Origin: a virus | Strand: one strand, 5' to 3' | DNA length: 61,975 nucleotides | IMG/VR virus record: IMGVR_UViG_3300042807_000369 | Notes under the pieces: model-generated | Told to the model about the DNA's origin: nothing | The model's input: only the letters and a program-made list of their open reading frames with translations | The model's database searches: none | Program-made: the position numbers and the translations under genes | Shown: one piece after another, positions 39,381 through 49,150 of the stretch | Numbering within the stretch: position 1 is the first letter of the stretch | Layout of the letters: every line of letters starts with the position of its first letter

Positions 39381-40157
39381 ATGGCTAAGAACGAAATCGC
39401 GGAACAGAAGGCCAGCACCGCACTGGCAATCATGAGCGACCTGGAACAGGACGCTGGGGCCGGCTTTGACGGCATGACGCAGGATGACTATGCACTGCCA
39501 TTCCTGCGCCTGCTCACCAGCACCAGCCCTGAAGTCGGCGAAGTTGATGGTGCCCTCCCAGGCATGATCCTCAACTCCGTGACAGGTGAGCTGTTTGACG
39601 GCAAGAAAGGTATCACTGTTGTGCCCTGCGCCTATGTGCGCCAATACATCGAGTGGGCCCCACGCGGTCAAGGCAGCGGTGCACCTGTGCATATCTACCC
39701 TGCTACCAGCGACATCCTGTCGCAGACTCACAAAGAGCCTGGCGATAACAAGGATTACCTGGACAACGGCAACTACATCGAAAACACCGCCAATTACTAC
39801 GTGATGTTGGTGAGTGAAAACGGTATCCCTGAGCCTGCCCTCATCACCATGAAGTCCACGCAGCTGAAAAAGAGCCGCAAGTGGAACTCCATGATGCAGT
39901 CGGTTAAGCTCCAGGGCAAGAACGGCTTGTTCACGCCTCCGATGTACAGCCAGCTGTATATGCTGACCACAGTGGCCGAGTCCAACGACAAGGGCAAGTG
40001 GTTTGGCTGGGAAATCGAGCGCATCGGCCCTGTCGAGAGCGCTGAAATCTACAACGCAGCCAAGGCATTCGCACAGTCGGTCAGTGCGGGTGACGTGAAA
40101 GTCAAGCACGAGAGTGCAGAGGGCGCTGAGTCAAGCAACGGACCAGCTCCATTTTGA
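39381..40157 (+). CDS. Putative ssDNA-binding / annealing protein
   Basis: A 258-aa ORF located in the replication module. Its flexible acidic/Ser-rich C-terminal tail ends in ...SNGPAPF, like the SSB-type C-terminal (D)IPF tip. The call is tentative. Confidence 0.35.
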   Translation: MAKNEIAEQKASTALAIMSDLEQDAGAGFDGMTQDDYALPFLRLLTSTSPEVGEVDGALPGMILNSVTGELFDGKKGITVVPCAYVRQYIEWAPRGQGSGAPVHIYPATSDILSQTHKEPGDNKDYLDNGNYIENTANYYVMLVSENGIPEPALITMKSTQLKKSRKWNSMMQSVKLQGKNGLFTPPMYSQLYMLTTVAESNDKGKWFGWEIERIGPVESAEIYNAAKAFAQSVSAGDVKVKHESAEGAESSNGPAPF

Positions 40158-40276
40158 TTTTCGGGGCCGAAAGTGCAGGGGAAACTGATAGTTGAGTCGT
40201 TCCAGGTAGCTCCTGGAAGGCAATACACGGGTACCCGCCTCGGCATGAGTAGGCCCCACCTCACTAGAAAGAAGAA

Positions 40277-41809
40277 ATGATCGACATCACCAGGTTCAAA
40301 GCGATTTTTTCCGGCCTGGACATCGCCTATGGAACATACAAAATTGAATCATCCCGAGGAGACGGGAAACAGGCAGGCAAGGCCGTCGTGGTGCGCAAGC
40401 CACCGACTGACGACCTGTGGGTCAAACACCTTGAAGGCGTTGAGCCGAGTCTGGGAATTATCCCGATCCGGGCGGATAACTCCTGCATCTGGGGCTGTAT
40501 TGACATTGACCAGTATCCACTGGACCACACTGGCCTCATAAAAAAGGTCAGGAGCCTTGAGCTACCAATGATTGTGTGCCGCAGCAAGTCTGGCGGCGCG
40601 CACGTTTTCCTGTTCGTCAAAGAACCCATCCCCGCTGCTGAGATGCAGCGGTTTCTCAAGGCCTGTGCTGCGCTTCTGGGCGAAGCCGGCCGCGAGATTT
40701 TTCCCAAGCAAGCTGAAATCCTGGTTGACCGTGGCGACACGGGCAACTTCTTGAACCTGCCGTACTTCGGTGGGGACCAGACAATGCGCTACGCCATCAA
40801 GGACGATGGCACGGCCGCGACGCTCGAAGAGTTCTACGAGCTGTACAACCAGTGGGTCCAGGACCCTGACCTCAAATTTCCCGAAGAGCCCAAGGAGCCG
40901 GATCACCCGATCAAGGACGGCCCTCCATGCTTGCAGGCACTATGTGCCCAGGGCGTGCCAGAAGGCACACGCAACAACGCACTCTTCAACATCGGCATCT
41001 ACCTCAAGAAGGTCATCCCCATACACTGGGACGACGCCCTGGTAGAGCACAACCTCAAGTACGTAGCGCCGCCGCTGCCCAACAACGAAGTCCAGATTCT
41101 GGTCAAGCAGCTGCACAAGAAAGACTATCGCTACAAGTGCAAGGACGCACCGCTCAACAGCTTTTGCAACAGCGGCCTTTGCAGGACACGCAAACACGGG
41201 ATCGGGGCCCACGGGCCAGACTCCCCGCAGATGTCATCGCTGTCCAAGTACAACTCCGAGCCACCACTGTGGTTCCTTGACATCAACGGCAAGCGGATCG
41301 AACTGGACACCGAGAGCCTGTTCGCACAGGCCGCTTTCCAAAAAGCCTGCGTCGAAAAACTCAACCTCCTGCCGCCCACACTGCGCAAGCAAGACTGGGA
41401 ACAGCTGCTCAATGCGCTGCTCAAGGAGATGGTTGAAACTGAACAGATCACTGAGGCGAGCGAAGACACCAGCATCACCGGTCGCTTCAACGATCTGCTC
41501 GAAGAATTTTGCACGCACCTGCAGCAGGCAATGGACCGCGACGAAATCCTCATGGGCCGCCCATGGACGGATGAAGACGAGGCCAAGACCTACTTCCGCA
41601 TGAAGGACCTGGAGGCGCACCTGGTGCGCAACAACTTCAAGGGCATGACTGCACCGAAGATGGCACAACGACTGCGAGACCTGGGCGGCGAGCCCATCAG
41701 TCTCTTCCTCAAGAACCGCGCAGCACGGTGCTGGCGCATCCCTCGCTTCAACCGCCAGGACGCCCCCTTTGAGACGCCAGAGCAGCGCACACAAAGGAGT
41801 CCGTTCTGA
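40277..41809 (+). CDS. DNA primase, archaeo-eukaryotic (prim-pol) type with PriCT-like domain
   Basis: WGCIDIDQ (DxD metal site), SKSGGAHVFLF (sGgG-H motif) and a central PPCLQALCAQGVPEGTRNNALFNIGIYLKK (PriCT-1-like), at 510 aa. Confidence 0.75.
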   Translation: MIDITRFKAIFSGLDIAYGTYKIESSRGDGKQAGKAVVVRKPPTDDLWVKHLEGVEPSLGIIPIRADNSCIWGCIDIDQYPLDHTGLIKKVRSLELPMIVCRSKSGGAHVFLFVKEPIPAAEMQRFLKACAALLGEAGREIFPKQAEILVDRGDTGNFLNLPYFGGDQTMRYAIKDDGTAATLEEFYELYNQWVQDPDLKFPEEPKEPDHPIKDGPPCLQALCAQGVPEGTRNNALFNIGIYLKKVIPIHWDDALVEHNLKYVAPPLPNNEVQILVKQLHKKDYRYKCKDAPLNSFCNSGLCRTRKHGIGAHGPDSPQMSSLSKYNSEPPLWFLDINGKRIELDTESLFAQAAFQKACVEKLNLLPPTLRKQDWEQLLNALLKEMVETEQITEASEDTSITGRFNDLLEEFCTHLQQAMDRDEILMGRPWTDEDEAKTYFRMKDLEAHLVRNNFKGMTAPKMAQRLRDLGGEPISLFLKNRAARCWRIPRFNRQDAPFETPEQRTQRSPF

Positions 41810-43308
41810 TGAACATCACCAAAGTGTTCGGCCCACCTGGGTCAGGCAAGACCACCTACCTCTTGAGCATCGTTGAGACCGAGCTGGCCAACAACGTGCA
41901 CCCGATGAAGATCGGCTACTTTGCGTTCACCAAGAAGGCGGCCACCGAAGCGCGCGACAGGGCCATCCAGAAGTTCCCGCACCTGAACCCCGACACCGAC
42001 TTCCCGTTCTTTCGCACGCTGCACAGCCTGGCCTACCGGTGCCTGGGCATCGGCACCAAGGACATGATGTCGCCCGAGCACTACAAAGAGTTTGCCCAGG
42101 AAGCCGGCATCGAGTTGGCCATCGAGAGCGGCGAGGAAGAGTTTGCGGTCAAAGCCGACAACCCGATCTTGAATGAGATCAACATCGCCCGCATCCGGGG
42201 CATGGACCTCAAGACCCACTACAACCAGTCCAAGATGGACATTGAGTGGTTCCATTTTGAGTACGTCGAGCGCGCCTACCGCCACTACAAGACATCTCGC
42301 AACCTTCTGGACTTTACCGACCTCTTGGAGCACGTGCTGCTGGAGCCCGAGCGCCTGCCAAAGCTCGAAGCATTGATCATCGACGAGGCCCAGGACCTGT
42401 CACGTTTGCAATGGAGGCTGGTCGAACAACTCGCGTTGCGCGCCCAGCGCTGCTTTTTGGCAGGCGACGACGACCAGGCTGTCTACACCTGGGCGGGTGC
42501 GGATGTCGAGAGCTTCTTGGGGTTTACGGGTGATGTCAAGGTCCTTGATCAGTCCTACCGGGTCCCCGCCAAAATCCACGACCTAGCCAACCGTGTGGTC
42601 AAGCGCATCAAGCACCGCCAGCCCAAGGTCTGGAAGGCGCGCGAAGAGGTCGGCAGCATCAACTACTACAACGACTTCCAGCAAGTCGACATCAGCCACG
42701 GCAACTGGCTCATCCTGGCCAGCACGAACTACATGCTCACCGACATGCACGACTGGATCAAGAGCCAGGGCCTGCTGTTCGAGCGCCACGGCCAACGCAG
42801 CGTCAGCGAGAGCATCCTCACCGCCGTGCTGGGCTGGGAGAAGCTGCGCAAGGGCGGCGAAGTGCCGTTCCCCGTGGTCAAGATGATCTACAAGTACATG
42901 GACGGTGACCACATCAAGCATGGCCACAAGATGCTGCGCACGGCGGACCCCGTAAGTATGTACTCACTTTCTTTGCTGAAAGAAAAGCACGGACTTCTTT
43001 CAGATGAAATCTGGCACAAGGCGCTGACCAAGATCAGCGAGGACCGCCGGGACTACCTGGTCTCGCTCTTGAGGCGCAACACACGGCTCACGGGCCACGT
43101 GCCCATCAAGCTGTCCACGATCCACGGGGCCAAGGGCGGCGAGGCAGACAACGTGCTGCTGCTCTCAGACCTGTCCACCAAATTTGCCAAAGACTACGAC
43201 AAGAACTCAGACGACATCAACCGTCTGTTGTACGTGGGCATCACCCGCGCCAAACAAACGCTTCATATCGTGCTGCCCAAGAATGAACAGAAAGGCTTCA
43301 GACTATGA
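41809..43308 (+). CDS. SF1 (UvrD/Dda-like) DNA helicase
   Basis: GPPGSGKTT (Walker A), LIIDEAQDL (Walker B), FLAGDDDQAVYTWAGA, STIHGAKGGEADNV and LYVGITRAK. Confidence 0.85.
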   Translation: MNITKVFGPPGSGKTTYLLSIVETELANNVHPMKIGYFAFTKKAATEARDRAIQKFPHLNPDTDFPFFRTLHSLAYRCLGIGTKDMMSPEHYKEFAQEAGIELAIESGEEEFAVKADNPILNEINIARIRGMDLKTHYNQSKMDIEWFHFEYVERAYRHYKTSRNLLDFTDLLEHVLLEPERLPKLEALIIDEAQDLSRLQWRLVEQLALRAQRCFLAGDDDQAVYTWAGADVESFLGFTGDVKVLDQSYRVPAKIHDLANRVVKRIKHRQPKVWKAREEVGSINYYNDFQQVDISHGNWLILASTNYMLTDMHDWIKSQGLLFERHGQRSVSESILTAVLGWEKLRKGGEVPFPVVKMIYKYMDGDHIKHGHKMLRTADPVSMYSLSLLKEKHGLLSDEIWHKALTKISEDRRDYLVSLLRRNTRLTGHVPIKLSTIHGAKGGEADNVLLLSDLSTKFAKDYDKNSDDINRLLYVGITRAKQTLHIVLPKNEQKGFRL

Positions 43309-45182
43309 AGCGCGACACCAAGACCATGTCCATGTTCCCTCGGATTTCCGAGTGGCTCCCCCCACAAATTTTCCCTAACCTGAGCGAAGCAAAGGAGATT
43401 GCAATTGACCTGGAAACCTGTGATCCGAACATGGAGTCGCTTGGTCCTGGCTGGCCTCGCAACGACGGTTTTATCGTTGGGTACGCAATCGCCGTGGATG
43501 GCTGGGCTGGCTATTTTCCTGTTGCTCATGCTGGTGGTGGAAATCTTGACAAGCGTCTGGTGGAGCGGTGGGTCAAAGATGTTCTCGCAACGCCGGCAGA
43601 CAAGATCATGCACAACGCCGCCTACGACCTCGGATGGCTCCGAGCCACCGGGTTCGAAGTAAACGGCACGATTTACGACACCATGCTGGCCGCGCCTCTC
43701 TTGGACGAGAACCGCTTTGCCTACAGCTTGAACAGCCTGGGCTTTGACTACCTCAAGGAGATCAAGTCTGAGCAGGGCTTGAAAGAGTCCGCGTCCGACT
43801 TTGGTGTGCACCCTAAAAAGGAGCTGTGGAAGCTGCCGGCCATGCACGTGGGCGATTACGCTGAGCAGGACGCCGCGCTCACGCTCAAGCTCTGGCATCA
43901 CTTCAAGGCCCTGCTGGCCCGCGACGAGGTCGAGTCCATCTTTGATCTCGAGACAGAGGTGCTGCCGGTGCTGGTGGACATCACGCTCAAGGGCATCAAC
44001 TTTGACCGCGCCAAGTGCGAAGCGCACATGCGCGACATGCGCACCAAGGAAAAAGAAATCCTGGCGTTCCTGAAGAGCCAAGCAGGCATGCAGGTGGACA
44101 TCTGGGCAGCCCAGTCCATCGCCGCAGCGTTTGACCGCCTGGGCGTGCAGTACCCCAAGACCGCCGCTGGCGCGCCGAGCTTTACCAAGAGCTTTCTGGA
44201 CACGCACGAGCACCCCATGGCCAAGATGATCCTGGAGGCCCGTGAGCTGAACAAGACCCACGGCACGTTCCTGGAGCCCTACCTCAAGCACAGCTCTAAG
44301 GACGGACGCATCCACACGCACTTCAACCAAATGCGCAACGAAGACGGCGGCACCGTCACCGGCCGCCTGTCGGCCAGCAACCCCAACCTCCAGCAGGTGC
44401 CCGCGCGCCACGAGATCATCGGGCCAATGGTGCGAGGCTTGTTCCTCCCAGAGGACGGCGACATGTGGGCGGCCAACGACTTCAGCTCCCAGGAGCCGCG
44501 CCTCTTGGTGCACTACGCCACCCTGCTGGGCCTGCCCGGTGCGGAGAAGATGGCTCAGGCCTACCGCGACAACCCCAACACCGACTTCCACCAGATGGTC
44601 GCCGACATGGCCGGCATCAAACGCAAAGCTGCCAAGACCATTGGCCTGGGGCTGATGTACGGCATGGGCAAAGCAAAGCTGGCGCAGCAGCTGGACCTGC
44701 CCGTGGACGAGGCCAGCGAGCTGATCGGCACCTTCCACAGCAAGGTCCCGTTCTTGAAGGGCACCGTGGACGCTGTCATGAAGCGCATCGAGCACCCGTC
44801 GTCTGGCGGGTCAATCCGCACGCTGCTCGGGCGCAAGTGCCGCTTCCCCCTGTGGGAGCCGATTGAGTGGGGCGTCAACAAGGCGCTGCCGCACGAGCAG
44901 GCAGTCATTGCCTACGGCTCACGGATCAAGCGCAGCGGCACGTACAAGGGCCTGAACCGGTTGATCCAGGGTTCGGCCGCAGACCAGACCAAAGCGGGCA
45001 TGGTGGCCCTGCACAAGGCAGGCTTTAACCTGCTGCTGCAGGTGCACGATGAAGTTGCACTGTCCGTGCGCAACAAGGAAGAGGCCCGCGAGGCGGCCAA
45101 CATCATGGCCACCGCCGTGCGCCTGGAAGTACCTTCTCGCGTGGACGTTGAGACTGGACCGAGCTGGGGTTCAGCGGCATAA
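43305..45182 (+). CDS. Family A DNA polymerase with 3'-5' exonuclease domain
   Basis: Exo motifs IAIDLET and HNAAYDLGWL. Polymerase motifs are A DFSSQEPRLLVHY, B RKAAKTIGLGLMYGMG and C LQVHDEV. Confidence 0.95.
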   Translation: MKRDTKTMSMFPRISEWLPPQIFPNLSEAKEIAIDLETCDPNMESLGPGWPRNDGFIVGYAIAVDGWAGYFPVAHAGGGNLDKRLVERWVKDVLATPADKIMHNAAYDLGWLRATGFEVNGTIYDTMLAAPLLDENRFAYSLNSLGFDYLKEIKSEQGLKESASDFGVHPKKELWKLPAMHVGDYAEQDAALTLKLWHHFKALLARDEVESIFDLETEVLPVLVDITLKGINFDRAKCEAHMRDMRTKEKEILAFLKSQAGMQVDIWAAQSIAAAFDRLGVQYPKTAAGAPSFTKSFLDTHEHPMAKMILEARELNKTHGTFLEPYLKHSSKDGRIHTHFNQMRNEDGGTVTGRLSASNPNLQQVPARHEIIGPMVRGLFLPEDGDMWAANDFSSQEPRLLVHYATLLGLPGAEKMAQAYRDNPNTDFHQMVADMAGIKRKAAKTIGLGLMYGMGKAKLAQQLDLPVDEASELIGTFHSKVPFLKGTVDAVMKRIEHPSSGGSIRTLLGRKCRFPLWEPIEWGVNKALPHEQAVIAYGSRIKRSGTYKGLNRLIQGSAADQTKAGMVALHKAGFNLLLQVHDEVALSVRNKEEAREAANIMATAVRLEVPSRVDVETGPSWGSAA

Positions 45183-45230
45183 TTCTTGACGGGACAATCG
45201 CAGTTGCCCCGATCATGACGAGACTCCATT

Positions 45231-45260
45231 GAGCCAGGACCTGCTCCTGGCTCCTTTTTT
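45231..45260 (+). terminator. Rho-independent terminator after the polymerase gene
   Basis: GAGCCAGGA-cctgc-TCCTGGCTC followed by CTTTTTT. Confidence 0.8.
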
Positions 45261-45295
45261 GATAAACTGATCGGTTCCAAAGAAAGGAGAATTAC

Positions 45296-45658
45296 ATGTC
45301 AGAGGAAGAAGATACGCCACCCGTGGCCTATGTACGTCAGAAGAGACGTAAGCGTGGACGCCCCAAGAAGGTTGGCAGACCAAAGCTGGACAAGCAGCCA
45401 GATCGCGCTTCACCTTCCATGCGCACGGGACAGCGCTACAAAAGCATTTCCGTCAACGAGGAGACTTACTACATCCTCAAGGAACTGTCCACCTTCTACA
45501 AGGTGTCCATCGGGGTGTACATCTACAGCTTGGTCCTGCCGGCGTTTGACCACGCCTACCAAGAATCCCTAACGCTGCAACGCATTGAAGAAAACAGAAA
45601 GAAGGCCAAGAATGAAATACCAGACAGAGATGACGTTCCCCGTCGAACTCACTTTTGA
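45296..45658 (+). CDS. Putative DNA-binding early protein (AT-hook-like basic N-terminus + RHH-like segment)
   Basis: AGGAGA RBS. RKRGRPKKVGRPK is followed by SISVNEETYYILKELS. It is the first ORF after the terminator. Confidence 0.5.
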   Translation: MSEEEDTPPVAYVRQKRRKRGRPKKVGRPKLDKQPDRASPSMRTGQRYKSISVNEETYYILKELSTFYKVSIGVYIYSLVLPAFDHAYQESLTLQRIEENRKKAKNEIPDRDDVPRRTHF

Positions 45659-45854
45659 GATGCTGCCTCCTCTGGTGGTGGAAGGCGTGGAACTGCCCGT
45701 GCAGATGGACATCACCAAAGCCCTGCTCACCATTGTCGGACCCAGCGGCAAGCCCCGCCAGGTGGACATCTTGAAGACCTTCAGCGAAGATCAGATCATG
45801 CTGTGGGAGGACCAGATTATTGATAGCTACTTTGAAGACACCGATGAGGAGTGA
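45612..45854 (+). CDS. Hypothetical acidic protein (80 aa)
   Basis: An internal ATG follows gaaagaagg. It overlaps the previous ORF by 47 nt, so the start is uncertain. Confidence 0.45.
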   Translation: MKYQTEMTFPVELTFEMLPPLVVEGVELPVQMDITKALLTIVGPSGKPRQVDILKTFSEDQIMLWEDQIIDSYFEDTDEE

Positions 45855-45856
45855 CC

Positions 45857-46066
45857 ATGAAACTACGAGAGGAGCTGCGCGCGGTTAAAGAGATTTACCC
45901 CGCGATAGCGGACTTGCTTGAAGAGGCTGCACAGCGCATTGAAGACCAGCGTCAATGGCGATCCGCTTGGTTAAGAGCAGAAAATATAGTAGAGTTGTTG
46001 ACAAGTGAATTGAGTATGCTAAGATCAACGCGTCTACATAGAAAGGAGAAAGAGTGCAATGATTGA
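45857..46066 (+). CDS. Hypothetical helical protein (69 aa)
   Basis: ATG 5 nt after GAGGAG. Confidence 0.55.
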   Translation: MKLREELRAVKEIYPAIADLLEEAAQRIEDQRQWRSAWLRAENIVELLTSELSMLRSTRLHRKEKECND

Positions 46067-46313
46067 ATTACACGCAGATAAGTCCGACATGGTCTACCGA
46101 GACCTTGCTATGACAGGGAGATACTTCAACACCGGTAAGGTGTTGATTGGTGTTTCCTACGTTCCACGGGCACGTCCAATGTCCTGGGATGAGGAGCGCA
46201 TTCAAGGTGCGTTCCTCAAGAAGCCGGAACCACGGATCACGGCCCGCGCATGGGGGTACATCCTTCTTGTGATCACATCTCTTGGAGGCGTTCTCGTGGC
46301 GAACGTCCTATGA
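46059..46313 (+). CDS. Hypothetical protein with C-terminal TM helix
   Basis: A track ORF. The C-terminal sequence is WGYILLVITSLGGVLVANVL. Confidence 0.55.
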   Translation: MIELHADKSDMVYRDLAMTGRYFNTGKVLIGVSYVPRARPMSWDEERIQGAFLKKPEPRITARAWGYILLVITSLGGVLVANVL

Positions 46314-46795
46314 GAAAGCGTAGCAAGTACCGACCCAAGCCTGTGCTCCAAAGCCCCATGGACTACATCCTCTCCGGCTTCAAACCTGTTCGCGAACTGC
46401 CAGGCATTTACCTGGACGCACAGCTCAAGAACCGCGCTGCCTTGGAGCAGGTCCGAGTGGGCCACGCGGTCAAAGAAGACATTGACATGCTGATCGGCGC
46501 GTTCAACATCACCGAGGCCCTGGCCATGAGCGGCATGGGCAGCGATTGGATGGACGAGATCAGACAAGGACAAGACGCGCTGCTGGAGCTCTCCCGCAGA
46601 GGCGTCGCACGGGGCATGCGGTTCATCATGACAGCCAAAGAGTGGGAAAAGCTCAAGCTGGTGATGGACCTGCATGAGGAGCAGCTGGCGCAGGCCACTG
46701 TTTACGACATCGAGAAGGCGCACGACTTTGTTTACCGGGAAATCGCCCAGGGCAAGGCAAGCGCAATTGTTCAAACTAAGAAGGAAGAAGCATGA
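46310..46795 (+). CDS. Hypothetical protein (161 aa)
   Basis: ATGA overlap with the upstream stop. The N-terminus is basic (MRKRSKYRPKP). Confidence 0.6.
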   Translation: MRKRSKYRPKPVLQSPMDYILSGFKPVRELPGIYLDAQLKNRAALEQVRVGHAVKEDIDMLIGAFNITEALAMSGMGSDWMDEIRQGQDALLELSRRGVARGMRFIMTAKEWEKLKLVMDLHEEQLAQATVYDIEKAHDFVYREIAQGKASAIVQTKKEEA

Positions 46796-47340
46796 CCAAG
46801 TCAGAAAAAATCAGAGAGTATTTCCGCAAGCACCCCGATGCTGATGTGGCCAAGGTGGCCGAAAAGTTTGAGGCCGCCATGGGCATGACCTACAAGCTGC
46901 GCAAGCAGGTCTTGGACGGCATGTTTCAGGCCCCTGAGATGGTGCCGATGCCTGAGCCAAAGACAGGCCGCAAAGTTATTGTCTCTTCAGATCAACTGGC
47001 CATAGCCGCCAAGCTGGGCCTGAGTCCTCAAGACTTTGTCAAGGGTGGCATTGAAGGGGGCTTCTTGAAATACGTGGACGAGACCCTGGACAACCGCGCC
47101 CAGGACTACGGCAAGTTCAAGGACGGCGCCGAGCTGATGCAGGGCATCAAACGACTGCTCGCGGACCACGCCCTACGGCACAACAAGACGTTCGCCGATG
47201 ATCAGTGGGAAGCCCTGGAAATGATCGTGCACAAGATGGCGCGCATCGTCAACGGCAACCCCGACAAGGTCGACCACTGGGTCGACATCGCCGGCTACGC
47301 CAAGCTGATAGCAGACCGCCTGCAAGGCAACGCACGATAA
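46792..47340 (+). CDS. Hypothetical protein with DUF6378-like C-terminal domain
   Basis: WEALEMIVHKMARIVNGNPDKVDHWVDIAGYAKL resembles that helical phage domain. 4-nt overlap upstream. Confidence 0.45.
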   Translation: MTKSEKIREYFRKHPDADVAKVAEKFEAAMGMTYKLRKQVLDGMFQAPEMVPMPEPKTGRKVIVSSDQLAIAAKLGLSPQDFVKGGIEGGFLKYVDETLDNRAQDYGKFKDGAELMQGIKRLLADHALRHNKTFADDQWEALEMIVHKMARIVNGNPDKVDHWVDIAGYAKLIADRLQGNAR

Positions 47341-47371
47341 CCCTTTAACACTAAAGAAAGAGAGAAATGAC

Positions 47372-47569
47372 ATGGACAAAGACATCATGGTTACGGTGTA
47401 CACAGAGACCGACTTCCGCATCCACATTGACGAGTGGGACAGCGGCGGCATTTGGTTTTCTGTGCGCAACGATCGCGCAAGCATCCACACGCCTCTGACA
47501 CGCAAGGAGGCTCACCAAATGCTGGTGGGCCTGCAGTCCATCCTGGCAAAAGAAGAGGTGGCAGCATGA
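47372..47569 (+). CDS. Hypothetical protein (65 aa)
   Basis: A track ORF with agagaga upstream. Confidence 0.55.
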   Translation: MDKDIMVTVYTETDFRIHIDEWDSGGIWFSVRNDRASIHTPLTRKEAHQMLVGLQSILAKEEVAA

Positions 47570-47772
47570 GAGCCGTCGGACAATGCCTGGACTGCTGGTT
47601 CTGGTCCGACATGATCGCCAAGTGCGAGGGCTCCGGCCCCGTACAGGCCATGTGCCTGAACCGCGAATCACCCAAACACCTGAAGTACACGGTGTCCCAA
47701 AACAGCTGCGACAAGTGGGAGGACTCGATGAACGGGTTCCGTGTGGACTCGCCCGGAGAGGAGCTGTCATGA
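47566..47772 (+). CDS. Cys-rich small protein (68 aa)
   Basis: ATGA coupling. The pattern CLDCW...C....C...C..C suggests metal binding. Confidence 0.5.
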   Translation: MRAVGQCLDCWFWSDMIAKCEGSGPVQAMCLNRESPKHLKYTVSQNSCDKWEDSMNGFRVDSPGEELS

Positions 47773-47870
47773 CCTGGCCATTCCCTCCCTTTCCACTGCC
47801 CCCGTATCAAGAGCCACGGGCCCCGCGTGGGCCTGTGTATCCAGCTGATGCAGAGGAGGCACCGCTATGA
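47769..47870 (+). CDS. Pro-rich 33-aa peptide (doubtful)
   Basis: ATGA coupling on both sides fills the gap exactly. No other support. Confidence 0.3.
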   Translation: MTWPFPPFPLPPYQEPRAPRGPVYPADAEEAPL

Positions 47871-48187
47871 GCATGAACACGCCGTTCCACCTGCGCCAGC
47901 GGGAGTTCAACGCCTTCAACGCGGCCAACCCGGCCGTGTGGGAATACTTTGAGCGCTTCACGCTGGAGGCCATCAACCACGGTCACAGGAAGATCAGCCA
48001 CTGGCTCATCATCAACCGCATCCGCTGGGAAGTGGCGATGAAGACCACAGGCCAGGACTTCAAGATTTGCAACAACCACATTGCGTTCTACGCGCGCCTG
48101 TTCGTCAAGGTGCATCCGCAGTATCGGTTCATCTTTAACCTAAAGCGCATGGAAGACGAGCCATGGCACGGGGACATGCCACTATGA
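47867..48187 (+). CDS. Conserved phage protein (106 aa), function unknown
   Basis: A track ORF. The pattern WLIINRIRWE......F.I.NN..AFYAR is familiar from phage early regions. Confidence 0.6.
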   Translation: MSMNTPFHLRQREFNAFNAANPAVWEYFERFTLEAINHGHRKISHWLIINRIRWEVAMKTTGQDFKICNNHIAFYARLFVKVHPQYRFIFNLKRMEDEPWHGDMPL

Positions 48188-48411
48188 CAAACCAAAACGA
48201 AGTACTGGCCAATCTGCACGACATCATCGCGGCCAATCGCCAATACACCACCTGGACTGTTTCAACGCCGCACCTGGTGATGCTGTGGGAGAAGGCCCAA
48301 GAGCTGGAGCGTGAGGCCTGTTTGGCAAAAGCGGACACCGCATTGCTTGGCGCGGAAAGAGCGTTGCGCAACAGGGTCATAAAGGCCATACGCACCAGGG
48401 AGAAATCATGA
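48184..48411 (+). CDS. Hypothetical protein (75 aa)
   Basis: ATGA coupling. Internal ATG of track ORF 48163..48411. Confidence 0.5.
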   Translation: MTNQNEVLANLHDIIAANRQYTTWTVSTPHLVMLWEKAQELEREACLAKADTALLGAERALRNRVIKAIRTREKS

Positions 48412-48644
48412 GCAAGCACGTTTATTCCACCACGGTGAACGTCGACGTGGACGTTGACATCGACACGGACGACCTGACTGACGAAGAGCTGATGGAAGTA
48501 TGCCAAGAGCGCGGCCTGGTGCATGGTGGCTTCAGTGCTGATGTTATTGAAGAGCTGTTCGTCCTGTTCAAGCAGGGCAAGCATGCCGACATCCTCATCC
48601 GCGTGCGTGAGCTGGTGCAAGATGCGAAGGGGGTGGTGCTGTGA
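48408..48644 (+). CDS. Hypothetical acidic protein (78 aa)
   Basis: A track ORF with ATGA coupling. Confidence 0.55.
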   Translation: MSKHVYSTTVNVDVDVDIDTDDLTDEELMEVCQERGLVHGGFSADVIEELFVLFKQGKHADILIRVRELVQDAKGVVL

Positions 48645-49150
48645 GCCGCAGTGGATACTCCGACGACATCGACGACAACTGGCGTCTGATCATGTGGCGC
48701 GGCCGGGTGGCCAGCTCGATTCGAGGCAAGCGTGGCCAGGCCATGCTGCGCGACTTGCTGGCTGCGCTGGACGCGATGCCCGACAAGCGGCTGTATTCCA
48801 ACAACTTTGCGACTGCTGATGGTGAGTTCTGTACCCTCGGTGTACTGGGCTCGGCTCGCGGCACAAAGATGGATGACCTGGGCGACGCGGAAGAGGGTTG
48901 CGACGAGCGCTTGGTTGCCGAGCGCTTTGGTGTAGCAGCTCCACTGGTCCAAGAGATCATGTGGATGAACGACGAGGTGGTCGATGACTACAAGTTCGTG
49001 GACGTGGAAATCTGCGGCCCAGTACGGCCTTATTACCCCGACTACGGCAGACACACCAAGACTATCCACATGCACGACGACAACGCTCCAGACAAGCGCT
49101 GGCGCGTGATGCGTAACTGGGTGGCCGAGCAGATCAAGGAGAAGACATGA
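48641..49150 (+). CDS. Conserved phage protein (169 aa)
   Basis: GTG start in a GTGA overlap. The RGKRGQAMLRDLLAALDAMP pattern is seen in other phages. Confidence 0.6.
   Translation: MSRSGYSDDIDDNWRLIMWRGRVASSIRGKRGQAMLRDLLAALDAMPDKRLYSNNFATADGEFCTLGVLGSARGTKMDDLGDAEEGCDERLVAERFGVAAPLVQEIMWMNDEVVDDYKFVDVEICGPVRPYYPDYGRHTKTIHMHDDNAPDKRWRVMRNWVAEQIKEKT

Noticed and set aside
40158-40276. Hairpin TTCCAGG-tagc-TCCTGGAA (about 40200-40220) as a terminator between the SSB-like gene and the primase
   Set aside because: No U-tract follows it, and the genes on both sides belong to the same module. It may be an RNA structure or processing site, but the evidence is insufficient to call it a terminator.
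43263-44795. 510-aa minus-strand ORF overlapping the DNA polymerase gene
   Set aside because: The plus frame has the exonuclease and A/B/C polymerase motifs. The antisense frame is featureless.
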